A DNA stretch of 64,000 bases, taken from NCBI RefSeq assembly GCF_020745735.1, contig NC_083402.1, positions 8,198,004-8,262,003 of the forward strand. The letters are read 5' to 3'. The stretch comes from Hemiscyllium ocellatum. Lineage: Eukaryota. This document shows, in pieces, positions 36,726 through 49,800 of this stretch (its first letter is position 1; each line of letters begins with the position of its first letter). A model generated the notes under the pieces. That model saw only the letters and a list, made by a program, of their open reading frames with translations, was not told the DNA's origin and searched no databases. The translations under genes were made by a program, and so were the position numbers.

Positions 36726-36899
36726 TGAAGAGGACTTGGCGAACAGAACCACAACAACGAGCACCCGAGCTACAAATCTTCTCACAAACTTTTGAAGAGG
36801 ACTGAGTCCACCACTGTATATCTGCTGGTCATTCCAATGCTTCTTGTCTTATCCTGCCCATCTGCTTCATAATCTTCATCAACTTCAGGAACAAAAGAG
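36726..36899 (+). pseudogene. Candidate stalk plus transmembrane exon of the Ig receptor, frameshifted as written
   Basis: TTTTACAG acceptor and AG|GTAGGT donor; pieces EEDLANRTTTTSTRAT / RTESTTVYLLVIPMLLV / ILPICFIIFINFRNKR lie in three different frames. Confidence 0.6.
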
Positions 36900-37199
36900 G
36901 TAGGTTTATGGAGAATGAGTTTTAATAAAACATCTTTCTGAGTTTGAAAGAAAAAGACTGGAGAGGGTGCAAAGGAAATTCACCAGGATGTCGCCTGGAG
37001 ATGGAGCATTTTAACAATGAAGAGAGGCTGAATAAGCTTGGCTTGTTTTCTTTGGAGCAGAGAAGGCTGAGAGTGACCTGAGACTGATGGATAAGATTAT
37101 GAGAGACTTGGCCAGTGGTGGATAGGAAGCACATGTTTCCCTTAGTTGAAGGCTCATTAACTGTTATGTATGCATTTGATGTGCTGCTCCTGTAAAAGA

Positions 37200-39240
37200 G
37201 TTAGTTGGGTGACTCACAGGGTAAGGAGCCTCAGGCTCAGACGAGAGCTGGCTGTAGAGGTTTGAGCTTCATCAATGCAGTGTTCCCATTCATGATTTTA
37301 CCTGGGCCTCTCTTGTGTAAAATTCATGATTCACAGAGAATTACAAACGTTACAAGTGACAGCAAGTGTGGGTCTGACCCATAATCTGTCTGCAAACGCT
37401 GTTTCTCCAGAGGGGACGTTGTCTGGAGTTTGGAACTTTCAGTGTGGGTTTAAGGATGTAATATCAAGGGAAGTGGTCATGAGGGGATTTGGGCCTGAAG
37501 AATGGCATATACCGGAGGAGTGAGCCAAGGGCAGTGGTTGTGAGGGGTCTCGGAGACAGCTGAAGAAGAGAGTACGTACCTGGGAGCTCCCAAAATTGTC
37601 ACGGAGAGCAGTCATGAGGAGACCCGAGTTGTGGATGATGCCAGGGCAGAATGGTAGACTAACACATCTGTAAGGGAACAGCTGGCACAGAGATCATTCA
37701 CAGAGGGAACTCAGGCAGTGGACAGTTTTCACATTCGAGAACAATTCCTGCCAGTGGGAAAACAGAATGACAGCCAATTTGAAGTGATAGGATTGTTGAT
37801 GAAGAGTCAGAAAATTAGACATTATACACAGAATTCATCCTTAAAGACAAACAAAATGGCCAAGGATATTATGGTACTGTTTTTTCTAAGATGAAACTTA
37901 GAAAACATGAAGCCATCCAACAGAAGCTTGTAACAAGGAGAGCCCTGGATTTTCAAGGAAGCTTTCAAAATTGCTATCTCAGTGGAGTTGGCTGTCAGTG
38001 AAGCAACAGCAGTGATGCATGACATGTGATAGTCTCGAGTAGCAGAAACCCTGCAGAGTGCAGCTGCTGATATGGCAAAAGTGGCCACGAGGGGTCAATG
38101 TGTTGGACATGAGAAACCCAGTGCTGCAGGTGTAAGGACTGGCTCATCCTGCCAGAAATTGAACTCTGCAATTCAAGCAAGAGAATGGGTGGCTGGAGGA
38201 GACAATGCAGAGTACAAGGCATTAGGTACATGCCACCAGCCAGGAATAGATCGGGAGTTAGCCAAGTCTGCGGGAGAAGCAGAAGGCCCAGGGTCAGCAC
38301 AGCTTTGGTTAAACATCCTGTTGGGGTGAAACTGATCATTCCTGGGTTCTTCCCAAATTGGAGGGGAAGACTGTAAAGTTGGAAATGGATATGTGAACAG
38401 CCATGACTGCCAAATTCATATATTAGAAAAAGTCAAAGGCACTGCCATTGAAGCTAGGAATGATTGCACTATGGACATATAGAACAAGTGGTGCCACTGA
38501 AAGTACAGGTAAGGGGCCAGTGCATAGAATTGCCACTGTACATTGTAAAAGGTGAATACCCAGCAATATTTGGCTGTTCCTGGTTACAGATATTAAAGTT
38601 GATGTGATTAATAGGTTGACTGCCTCAAACATGAGTTTGTAAGAGATCTTGGACAAGAGCAAAGATATTGGGGGACATGAAAGGTGTTGAAATTAAATTA
38701 CAACTGAAGCCAGAGGCTTGTCCTCAGAGCCTGAAAGCATGTCTGGTACTGTACGCCATGCAGCCTGAAGTGGAGGTGAGACTGGAATGGCTCATGAATC
38801 TGGGAACCTGTAACTTCCAGTGAATGAGCAACTCCCATCATTCCAATCTTAAAAACATATTTTGCAGTGAAGATTTATGGTGACTTTAAGGTACCAGTCA
38901 AGCCAGCCCTCACTGAGGACCTATTCAATGGACAGGATGAGGGAAAGAAATTTTCAGAAATATATCTGTCACAGCCCTACTTGTAGATGGGGTCACGAAG
39001 AAGTGACAATAGTGACAGCCAGGAGACTGCTCCACGACAAGCGACTTCCTTTTTGCATCAGGTCAGCACTAGCTCAGTTCCAGAGGGCAATGGATCAAAT
39101 GATAATGGATCAAATATTAAATTGGGTGGCAGAAGTCAGTGTTATCTGGGTGACAGTTTGATTACTAAATCCTTCACAGAAAAGCATTTGATAAATAGAA
39201 AGACATCCCTAAAATGATTGTACGAGTATGGCCTTAAAGT
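37200..39240 (+). mobile_element. Degraded Ty3/Gypsy LTR retrotransposon (gag-pro-RT)
   Basis: Gag RALDFK-EAFKIA (with frameshift); protease-region LPLYIVKGEYPAIFGCSWL; RT RLPFCIRSALAQFQRAMDQ and YLGD (YLDD-like). Confidence 0.72.
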
Positions 39241-39289
39241 AATTTTTTTTTAAAAAAGACGTTGATGTGATTAATAGGTTGACACATCC

Positions 39290-39720
39290 TATCTTGAGTG
39301 CATTCTATCACACTCCTGACTTGTGCCTTTGTTGAGAGTGGACAGGTTTTGAGGAATCAGAAGATAAGTTATTCATTACAATATTCATAGCCTCTGGCCT
39401 GCTCTTGCAGCCAATGTGCATAAGTGATGAATCCAGTTGAGTTTTTCCTAACCCTTAGGATGTTGACAGTGTGGGATTCAGTGATGATAATATTGAATGT
39501 CAAGGGACTTTGGTTAGGTTGTCAGTTATTGGTGATGGTCATAGCCTGGCATTTGTTTGACATAAATGTTACTTGCCAAGCATTTTAATATCTGAGAAGA
39601 CACAAATGGTGCCAAACATTGTGCAATCTTTGACAAACATCCCCACTTCTGACTTCACAATGGAGGGAAGGTCATTAATGAAGCAGCTAAAGATGGTTGG
39701 GCCAAGGACATGAACCTGAG
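39290..39720 (-). mobile_element. Non-CR1 LINE RT fragment
   Basis: Matches the same shark-type LINE family on the reverse strand. Confidence 0.6.
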
Positions 39721-39851
39721 GAACCCCTTCAGAAATATCCTGGAGTCAGAGCTGCTGAGTTTTTCCAGAAATTGTTTTGATTTTGTTTCTGATTATAGTA
39801 TTCAGAGTTCTTTTAGATTTTATTTTCAGTCTTTATGTAGATCACTAATTA

Positions 39852-40186
39852 GGATGGCAAGGTGGCTCTGTGGTTAGCACGCTGCCTCACAATACCAGGG
39901 ACCTGGGTTCAATTCCAGCCTTGTCTGTGTGGAGTTTGCACGTTCTCCCTGTGTCTGTGAGGGTCTCCTCTGGATGCTCCAGTTTCCTCCCACAATCCAA
40001 AGATGTGCAGGTTAAGTGAATTGGCCATGCTAAATTGCATCATAGTGTTCAGAGATACATAGGTTAGGTGCATTAGTCAGGGGTAAACATACAGTGATAG
40101 GGTAGGGGGATGGGTTACACTTCAGAGGATTGGTGTGGACTTGTTGGGTCAACAACCTGTTTCCACACCGTAGGGATTCTATGATT
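39852..40186 (+). mobile_element. Full-length HE1/V-SINE
   Basis: tRNA-like head, V core and CR1-like tail GGATTCTATGATTC. Confidence 0.88.
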
Positions 40187-40764
40187 CAGTCAATTAATCC
40201 CATCTTGAATATTCTGCTTTCGTTTTGGCTCCAGAATGTGTTCTTTGAAGAAACTATTCACTGTATATTCACTGTACTCCTCATCTAGACTACCTTTACC
40301 CATCTATATTTATCTAAGATTTCCCACCTGGGGAACTCCATATGACTGCTCACTGGTTCTGTGGGTCATTGTGTGGCTGATGAGCCTAATCCCAGACTCA
40401 CTTCTCCAAGCAATGTGTTTCCAGGAGGTGGAATTGGTTCTTGGCCATGGGTCGCTGGTATTCCTTTCCTTGATTCCTTTTCCATACTTTCTCTTTTTGA
40501 TAGGTGTTTTCAAAGAATTGTATCCATTCACACAGGAGCTGCCCCCAAGTTGGTTGAATATATTTTCTGCTTGAATCATACTTCAGTGCATTTGCACACT
40601 CACTGAACTTGTACAAATTGCACTGAAGTATATCTCTGTATTCCTGACAGTTCACCCTCTCACCCAGCTTGGTGTATTTAATATTATTCATTCTAAGTTG
40701 GGTTTTTGTTTTTTAAGTTAGTAACATATAGATTTTCTAAGGTTAATAATTGGCATGTTAGAAT

Positions 40765-41637
40765 GCTGTAGCCATGGTGATTTCTTCTAAAAACAATTTT
40801 TGAGGCCTAGCTTTAGAATTGATGCATTTTTGTTTATCTGTTTTATGGCCCAGCAAGATAATAATAGGCCCTCAAGGTTTGTTAGATATCTCAGGAATTT
40901 TTTTTTAAAGCTGAAGAGAAATATCAATAGTATGAAGAAAGCGTTTTTGCTTGTAAGTTTTACTCTGGGTTTGAGCAAACCTGTGAAATCCTTGGATGAA
41001 TACGGTGGTATACAGCTGTGTTCCTGAGGAGGAAAGGATATAGTGAACTACTTTACCTTAAAGTGAAGGGTTACTGTTAGTCACAGACCAGAAAGATTGT
41101 GACAAAACTCTGAAGAGGTTACTTCAAACTGAGTGCACTTAAACTCCGCTATAAATAGTCCCAGGAAGAATCCATGTGCATGATTGTCCATAAGTTTTAA
41201 ACCACAATGGCTGAGATCCACCAAAGCAATGGAGACATGTATTCTGGTGTGAATATTGCACAAATAGTGGTTTTGTGAATGGTACAAAGTGTGTATTTTC
41301 AGGTATTGTACCAGTGAATAGTTTTGGGTACAATGCCAAAACTTTATATTGCTTTAGAACTTACAACAGTGTTGTGACATTAATAGGATTGTACTTATAT
41401 GTTTAAAAATCTTTGAATATTTGTGAGAAGTAGATAGTTTTGTTTATTCTATTTTATTTCCTTTTCATTATAAATAAACTTCTGTTTTACTATTAAAGCA
41501 ATATGTGCAGCATAGTGTGTTTAACTTACACAGAGAGACCTTTTCATAATAAACCAACAAAAATCTAAAGATGATCCAGCAAGCCAGGCTCAATATCTGA
41601 GATTTGACATGTCCAGTCATCAGCTGCAGTTATAACA
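40765..41637 (+). repeat. Probable solo LTR
   Basis: TATAAATA at about 41150, AATAAA at about 41473, ends ...ATAACA like the LTR ending at 54954; left boundary uncertain. Confidence 0.4.
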
Positions 41638-41944
41638 ATATTAATATTTTTCTCTCTTACTTTGTCTCTGCTGTTCGACATTTGACCCCTAGTCCCCACT
41701 CATTATTCTAAAACACTCTAATCTGACTTGGTCACTGACTGATCTTGGACTGGGCTTTGTAAGACACTGTTGAGTAAAGGGTTCAGGTATCATATAACAT
41801 TCTAGAGTTCCCAGTATCTATGTGTGATATGTATATATTGTTGATAAGAAATGACATTGCTTGAGACACTTACAATATGGAGACAATGTGGCAAATTTGT
41901 CCATAGTTCAAAAAAAAATTTACTAATCAATTTTGCTCCCTTAG

Positions 41945-41984
41945 GGTGTTCACAACAAATCAGGCAGACCACATCTTTGTAAAG
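41945..41984 (+). CDS. Candidate short cytoplasmic exon of the Ig receptor
   Basis: TACTAAT branch-like motif, TTTTGCTCCCTTAG acceptor, 40 nt, AAG|GTAAGG donor; reads GCSQQIRQTTSL* in phase 1. Confidence 0.4.
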
Positions 41985-41998
41985 GTAAGGAAATTATT

Positions 41999-42812
41999 GG
42001 TTGAGTTGAGAGGGTGATGCTGGAAAAGCACAGCAGGTCAGGCAACATCTGAGGAGCAGGAAAATTGACATCTCAGACAAAAACCCTTCATCAGGAATAA
42101 GGTGGAGAGATAAATTGGAGGGGGAGTGGGGCTGGGGGAAGGTAGCTGAGAATGCAATAGGTGGATGGAGGTGGGGGTAAAGATGATAGGTCAGAGGGGA
42201 GGGTGGATTGGATAAGTGGGAAGGAAGATGGACAGATGCGACAGGTCATGAGGACGGTGCTGAGTTGGAAGGTTGGAACTGGGGTAAGGATGGGGGAGGC
42301 GAAATTAAAAAACTAATGGAATCTACACTGATTTGATGCCAAAGGCATTCTTCCTCCAGGCATCAGGTGGTAAGGGAGTGGCGATGGAGGACGCCCAGGA
42401 CCTGCACATCCTCGGCAGAGTGGGAGAGGGAGTTAAAGTGTTCAGCCACGGGGCAGTGGGGTTGATTGGTGCAGTTATCCCAGAGATGTTCTTTGAAGTG
42501 CTCTGCGAGTAGGCGTCCTGTCTCCCCAATGTAGAGGAGATGCCATCGGGAGCAATGGATGCAGTAAATGATATGTTTGGAAGTGCAGGTGAAACTTTAA
42601 TGGGTGTGGAAGGTTCCTTTGAGGCCTTGGGTGGAGGTGAGGGGGAGAGGTGTGGGGGTAGGTTTTGCAATTCCTGTGGTGGCTGGGGAAGGTACCAGGA
42701 GGGGAGGTGGGGTGTTGGGGGACATAGACCTGACAAGGTAGTCACGGAGGGAACGATCTTTACAGAATGCAGATAGGGGTGGGGAGGGAAACATATCCCT
42801 GGTGGTGGGGTC
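41999..42812 (-). mobile_element. Penelope-like element 3' part (GIY-YIG and pLTR)
   Basis: CIHCSRWHLLYIGETGRLLAEHFKEH; SLRDYLVRS; degenerate hammerhead motif at about 42065. Confidence 0.85.
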
Positions 42813-44479
42813 CATTGTCATGGTTGTAGAAATGCTCTGGTTCAGAATTACATTGAATACCTCTTGCTCACAGACAGAATGAGGCCCCCTGCTGATGAGC
42901 TGCTAATGTGACTTTTCCTTTTAAGAAGCTGCTCAAACACTCAGTGTGGGAAGGTGATGTCAATTTACCAAGAGGAAAATGACCGAATAATTGTTTCTAT
43001 AAGTAGAAAGTGTCAATCTTCAGCTATTTGTAAATCTCCAGCTCCAGAATCACCTGCAATCTGCCTTCACCAAATTAACCTGCAATTCACCCACTAAATT
43101 GTTCCTCATTTTTATCACAGAGAACACTTTCAGCTATAATGAAGGTTTTATGGAGGAAAAGATTGAAATGTTATCACTAGCAGTGAGTGCTGGGGATAAA
43201 ATGAAAGATTTTTGTCAGTCCTGTTATTTTCTCCCTTGCTCCCCAAGCAGCTGAATTTTCAATGGGTGGACATGAGATCATTCTTAACTTTTGCAATATT
43301 TCCAAGCCTTGTAACTTCTTCCAAAGTTCCAGCAGATGAGAAGCTCCTCCTGCAGGAATTCTCCTCTCACCTCCAATACCCTCCCTCCCTACCCTGTGAG
43401 TAGTTGCTCAACGCTGAGCCAGAGCTGCCTGGAATTATCTGTCACTGTGATTCCCGACAGTTTTAACAGCCATCCCTGTGTTACAGCTGTTGACTACACC
43501 TTGGGCTATGAGTGTCAGCTATATTCTGGTGCCAAGGCAACATTGTTTCTGATGATGACTTAGTCAAAGGTGATTAGTGTCTAAATCTGAACATGTTTTC
43601 ATTTGTGAGACATGGTCATCTCTGCTTGGGCCAGAATTCATTACCTGACCTTAGTTGGCCTTGAGAAGGTGATGGTGAGCTGCTTTCATGAACTGCCAAA
43701 ATCTGTGTGTTGTAGATAGAGCCACAAAGCCCTTAGGGAGGGAATTTCAGGATTTTGGCCCAGCAACAGTTCCCCACCACCTTCTCATGGACATCTAGGA
43801 GCAGCCAGCCAGACCCATGACCTGTGAGAGGATAAGCAAAAAGATAGGATTCTTGTTACTGTGGCCTGAGATTATGCCATTAACTTCCTCTGAATATTTA
43901 TGTTCCTTGTATATTGTTCAGGAATGATCCAGGGTCATCCAGCATACCCAAGACTAATCAGGCCCAGCAGCTGGCTGTACTTAAACTGACCAATCACCAT
44001 CCATTTCAGACACTGTAACATCGAGTGTGTGAAGCATCAACACAGTGGACAGACATGCAGTGACAGAGTACCACCCTCCCTATACAGCCTGACCACTTTG
44101 ATGGACTAACTCTCTTCCCATTCAGTGTAACCCAGTGAAAAGCAGCATGTTTCCCACTGAGAGCATCACTACTTTTGTTTTGGTTTGCTCACTTTTGGTT
44201 TGGAACTGTGATTTTAAAGTCGAGAATTAAAGTTTGAAAAACAGGTTGTTTGACAAAAGATGAGAGAACAAAAGGGAAATATTTGCTGTTGGAATATGGT
44301 CTGGAAAAGTAACGCAGGTTAATTCAAGGTCATTGTCGTTGTTATCGGTGATTACTCACTAATGAGTGTTATCATCCACTGAGGAAATTTGTGCCACTGG
44401 TCATGGGTTCTGTGGTTCTTTATGTGGATCCTAGAGCCACATCTCCAACCATGATATTTGACAGGTGTTTCCCAGATGT

Positions 44480-45345
44480 GGAGCAAAGAACAAAGAAAAT
44501 GTACAGCACAGGAACAGGCCCTTCAGCCCTCCAAGCCTGTACTGCTCCAGATCTTCTATTTTCTAAGGATCTGTACCCCTCTGCTCTTTGCCTTTTCATG
44601 TCTCTCTCTAGATATATCTTAAATGATACTATAGTGCCCACTTCTACCACCTCCGCTGGCAACCCGTTCCAGGCACTCACCACCCTCTGAGTAAAGAACC
44701 TTCCACACATATATCCCTTAAAGTTTTCCCCTCTCACCTTGAATTCATGACCCCTTGTAACTGAGTCCCCCACTCTGGGAAAAAGCTTCTTGCTGTCTGC
44801 TCTGTCTTTACCTCTCATGATTTTGTTGACCTCAATCATCAATCTTCCTAATGAAAATAATCCCAATTGACTCAAAGTCTTTTCATAACTAGAACCCTCC
44901 ATACCAGACAACATCCTGGTGAACGTCCTCTGCACCCTCTCCATAGCATCCACATCTTTTTGGTAATGTGGCGACCAGGTCTGTACACAAGATTCCAAAT
45001 GAGGCTGAATCAAAATCTTATATAACCGTAACATGACTTGCTAACTCTTGTCCTCAATACCCCATCTGATAAAGGAAACCATGCTCTGTACCTTCTTGAG
45101 CACTCTATCTTCCTACCTTCAGGGAACAATGGATCTGAACACCCAGATCTCTCTGTCATTTACCATATAGTTCGCCTTTGAATTGGATCTTCCAAAATGC
45201 ATCACCTCGCATTTGCCCAGATTAAATGCCATCTCCATTTCTCTGCTCAACTCTCCAATTTACTTATATTCTGCTGTATTCTCTGAAAGTCCCCTTCACT
45301 ATCTGCTACTCCACCAATCTCAGTGTCATCTGCAAACTTACTAAT
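44480..45345 (-). mobile_element. CR1 LINE 3' part
   Basis: LYKILIQPHLESCVQTWSPHYQKD; SKFADDT. Confidence 0.9.
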
Positions 45346-46659
45346 CAGCCCTTCATCAGGAGAGCCATGTGCCATAACATTCCATAAAGGGAGTTGACTG
45401 GATTCTTTAGTTTATTGTCCAAGCAATGGAGATGAAAATACTCTCCTCAGTCACGAGCTCTGGATGGATTCATGGACAGTAATTATTCCTGATTTCCTGA
45501 ATCATCTGGCTGAGTGACTGACTAGGCCATGTCCTTGCTGTCTCGAGCTGTTCAAGGCCAGTCTGTGTGCTGCTTCTGTATGGGTCAAGGACAAGAGACC
45601 AGTTGGGTGTCATGCATCCCAAACTACTCTAAGTAGCTGAGATTTTGAGGGAAGCCTGAGGATCAGGTTCATGCTCTGGGGGAGAGGGATTCAATTCTCA
45701 CCATGGCAACTTGTGGAATTTGCATTTAATTAATAAATCTGGAATTGGAATCTGGTGACCATCTGAACTATCATCAATTGTTACGTTAAAAAAAATCTGC
45801 TTCACTAATATCCTTCAGGGAAGCAAATCTATCATCTTTCCCCCATCTGCCTTATGGGTGATTTCAGATCCCCAATTCAGGACAGATTGCATGCAATGTG
45901 TTTGACTCTGTCCTTGTCTCTGAAATGGCCAAGCAAGCCTCTCAGTTCAAGGGTAACAAGAGATGGGCAACAAATGCTGGCCTTGCCAGTGAGACCCACA
46001 TGTGTTGAAGGAATGAAAAACATCTATCTCATCAATTCTCACTTTCTTCTCAGCCCCCGCACAGTCTGATATTTGCCCCAGCATCATCTCACTCTCTCTA
46101 TCCTTGTTTCCCTTCAACTGTCGCCAAGCATCCAATATCCCACCTGCTCCAATCACATCTCTCCTGAATGTTTCGAACAATCTGTGAGACCCTACCCAGA
46201 ATGAAACATATGACCATAAGAAATAGGGGCAGAGGTAGACCATTTAGCCCTTCAAACCTGCTCCAACCTTTAGGAAGACCACCATTGAACATTATTATCT
46301 TGTGATCTTTAGGTTTTCTTGCAGGACATTTTATAATGTTTCAATTTACAAACACATTGGTAAATGCAGATGATTCTGAGGCTCAGAGCTCATCCAGTCT
46401 CTGATGGGTGCAGATCACAGTTAACTCTCATGTATCACACATGTCTCTTCTGGAATGTCTGTCTTGCATGGCAGCAAAATAGGCAATATCTGCTTCCACT
46501 TTGGTAGTAACACACATGATAGGAGGAGCTGTTCAGCTCACTGTGCTCATGTTGGTTCTTTGAAAAAACAATCTAATTAGTCATACTCCCCATGTTCTCT
46601 CCACAGAGTCTGGTGCATTGACTTTGTCATGTGACCTCTGTACATTAGCACATTCACAC

Positions 46660-47150
46660 TGAAGAGACACCATTCACCTGCACTGAGTGTGTCAAGAAAT
46701 ATACACAGTCATCCCAGCTGCTGAGTTTACTACGATGAGAGATCTTTTAAAAATTCAAACTGTGGAAAATGCTTTAAAAGGACTTGATATTCCATCAACT
46801 TGTTCACTCTGATGAGAGAACATTGAAATGCTCAGATTGTGGAAAATGTGATAAACATTCTCATCATCTGGTGATTCATCAACATGTTCACACTGGGGAG
46901 AGACTGCTCCAGTGCTCTCATTGTGAGATTGAGTTCAGGCAATCATCTCACCTCACTGCACACCAACAAGCTCACATTAGGGAGAGACCATTCACTTGCT
47001 TAGAGTGTGAGAAGGGATTCAATGTCCCATCCCCCATGCTGAAATATCAGTAAGTTCATTCTAATGTGAAAATTTTAAATGTTCAAATGGTAGCAAGTGT
47101 ATTAAGTGTTCCAGATAACTGATTTCCCAATAATTTGTTCACTCTGATGA
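46660..47150 (+). pseudogene. Degenerate tandem C2H2 zinc-finger array
   Basis: CSDCGKCDKHSHHLVIHQHVHTGERLLQCSHCEIEFRQSSHLTAHQQAHIRERPFTCLECEKGF; flanking fingers carry stops and deletions. Confidence 0.85.
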
Positions 47151-47497
47151 CAAACGTTGAGACAGCGAGTTCACAAGTAACTACAAAGACTGGATTTTGA
47201 AATGAGTCCATATTTTGAAATGAGTCTTTTTCATCAGAATCTGTTTTTGATGCAAGGTCTCTGCTACATCCCTCACTTCCACTAGCTCACTGGTCCAAAC
47301 CCCTTCACATGTTGCTCCTTGTCTTAATCTTGAATTTATTTAAGTTTCTCTCTATCTTTCACTATGTCTCATCTAGGAAATGTTGACCAATTCTCACTTA
47401 ATTTCAGATTATGCAAATCACCAATACTAACTGATAATGTGAATAATATTTTCTCTCTCTCCTGATTCTGTTTTTTATTTACATTCACCACTGCACA

Positions 47498-47712
47498 GCG
47501 GCACGGTGGTTAGCACTGCTGCCTCACAGCGTCAGAGACCTGGGTTCAATTCCTACCTTTGGCAACTGTCTGTGTGGAGTTTGCACATTCTCCCTGTAGT
47601 GTCAGGTGAAGGGGTAAATGTAGGGGAATGAGTCTGGGTGGGTTGCCCTTCGAAGGGTTGGTGTGGAGTTGTTGGGCCAAAGGGCCTGTTTCTACACTGT
47701 AAGTAATCTAAA
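47498..47712 (+). mobile_element. HE1/V-SINE with internal deletion
   Basis: GGCACGGTGGTTAGCACTGCTGCCTCACAGC head; AGTAATCTAA tail. Confidence 0.85.
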
Positions 47713-48106
47713 CCATCATGCATCCTGAGAGAAAATCACCTTTGACCCATTCAAAGTCCTGTTCTATCTCCACCCTTGTCCTTCTACTTAGTGTCCCTTG
47801 GTGTTCTATTCATCGCCCTACCTATTTCTCGTCCACACTCTGCCATCTTGACAGATATCATGTTGGTTTTCACATGTGGATAACACTCAGCTTGATGTCA
47901 TCACTGCTCCTCTGTATTCCTTCACAGTCAATAAATTGACAAACTGCTTACCTCACATCCAGAAAGCCATTTCATTCAGTCACCATTACAAATTTTGCTC
48001 CCTGAATACCAACTCCATCCTGCTCCCTGGGAACAGTTTGATGCTAAACTAATCTCTTCACAAACTTGCTGTCATTTCTGATTCAAGGCGGGCTTCCAAC
48101 CACATA

Positions 48107-48736
48107 CTGCAAATGTGTTGCTGGTCAAAGCACAGCAGGCCAGGCAGCATCTCAGGAATAGAGAATTCGACGTTTCGAGCATAAGCCCTTCATCAGGAAT
48201 AAGAGAGAGAGCCAAGCAGGCTGAGATAAAAGGTAGGGAGGAGGGTCTAGGGGGAGGGGCGATGGAGGTGGGATAGGTGGAAGGAGGTCAAGGTGAGGGT
48301 GATAGGCCGGAGTGGGGTGGGGTGAGGAGGAGCGCCTCATCTTCCGCCTGGGAACCCTCCAACCACAAGGTATGAATTCAGATTTCTCCAGCTTCCTCAT
48401 TTCCCCTCCCCCCACCTTGTCTCAGTCGGTTCCCTCAACTCAGCACCGCCCTCCTAACCTGCAATCCTCTTCCTGACCTCTCCGCCCCCACCCCACTCCG
48501 GCCTATCACCCTCACCTTGACCTCCTTCCACCTATCCCACCTCCATCGCCCCTCCCCCTAGTCCCTCCGCCCTACCTTTTATCTCAGCCTGCTTGGCTCT
48601 CTCTCTTATTCCTGATGAAGGGCTTATGCTCGAAACGTCGAATTCTCTATTCCTGAGATGCTGCCTGGCCTGCTGTGCTTTGACCCGCAACACATTTGCA
48701 GCTGTGATCTCCAGCATCTGCAGACCTCATTTTTTA
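48107..48736 (+). mobile_element. Young 5'-inverted Penelope-like insertion, palindromic, with two hammerhead motifs
   Basis: 14-bp TSD CTTCCAACCACATA (48093-48106, 48737-48750); inverted arms 48107-48322 and 48486-48701 with about 3 mismatches. Confidence 0.92.
48608..48643 (+). ncRNA. Minimal type I hammerhead ribozyme motif (mirror copy at 48165-48200 on minus; another at 62395-62430 on plus)
   Basis: ATTC-CTGATGA-A-GGGC ttat GCTC-GAAA-CG-TC-GAAT: core CUGAUGA and GAAA, stem II, stem I ATTC/GAAT, palindromic ACGU for dimeric stem III, GUC cleavage triplet ending at 48639. Confidence 0.75.
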
Positions 48737-49619
48737 CTTCCAACCACATATCCATGCAATCACTAAAATCAGAAAGTTCAAACTCCAAGAAGTTCTACCA
48801 CCTCACTCCAGTTTACCAGCGTATCTGCTGCTGAAACCCTCACCCGTGTCTGTGTTGCCTTTGACTTAGATCCAATACATTACCAGCCCTGCTCACACCT
48901 GGAATCATGTGATCATCCACAGCTCTGCTGCCTGTGTCTCGCACAAAATTCCCTGCATCCATCACTCTGGTCTTCACTGACAGACTTTGTCTTCAGTCAA
49001 AAGATGTGGTGCTGGAAAAGCACAGCCGGTCAGGCAGCAACCGAGGAGCAGGACATTCGATGTTTCGAGCATAAGCTGTTCCTCAGGAATGAAAATGTTG
49101 TCTTCTGGGCAAGTAATAACTCAGATTACTAGGTAACGAAATGTCTGGAAATGAACCTTCCAGCTCAGGGAGCAAACCTACATCCAAAATCTCCCAGATT
49201 TAATTACTGAACCAGTGCATCCATGCCTGGGTGTGAAGCTCTCAATTTCCTTTCCCAAACCTCTCCTGTTTAAAGAGACATTTAAAAAATTGCTTCACTG
49301 ACTAAGCTTCCTTTCTCATGTCGCCCTCTCCTGATGTATAATATTTCTTCAGGAAACTACTCCGAATCACCTGTGACATTTTCTTGCATTTAGCCTGTTA
49401 AGTAAATCCACGTTGTGAATGTCATGACACGGGTAAATGTATAGCAAGATTCCAAAACACATTCATCCAAATTGAAACTGACAATACCAGTTCTTTTGGT
49501 GACGTTGGTTTTAAAATGAAAGTTGATCGCTGCACACCAGAGAACTCCCCTGTGGCCAGTGTGTGGAGTTGAAGTCAGCTTTCAAAGAATGGGGACAAAC
49601 TCCTGCGTGAAGATAAGGA

Positions 49620-49800
49620 GATGATTGGGCTCTGATAGTTCCCGGTATCTGCAACACTGGCGGAACAATGAGGCAGATTCCCAGCCAATGAGAAAGCCCC
49701 AGACTCAGTCCCGCCCCCTTACACTCCCATTGGTTGGACTGATTGATTGATGGCCTTCAATGCTTCAGTAAGACTCAGTTGTGTTCGAGCATGCGCTGAT
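49620..49800. promoter_or_regulatory. CCAAT/GC-box promoter-like segment
   Basis: GATTGG, GCCAATGA, CCCGCCCC, CATTGG and GCATGCGC clustered in non-repeat, CpG-retaining sequence. Confidence 0.45.
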
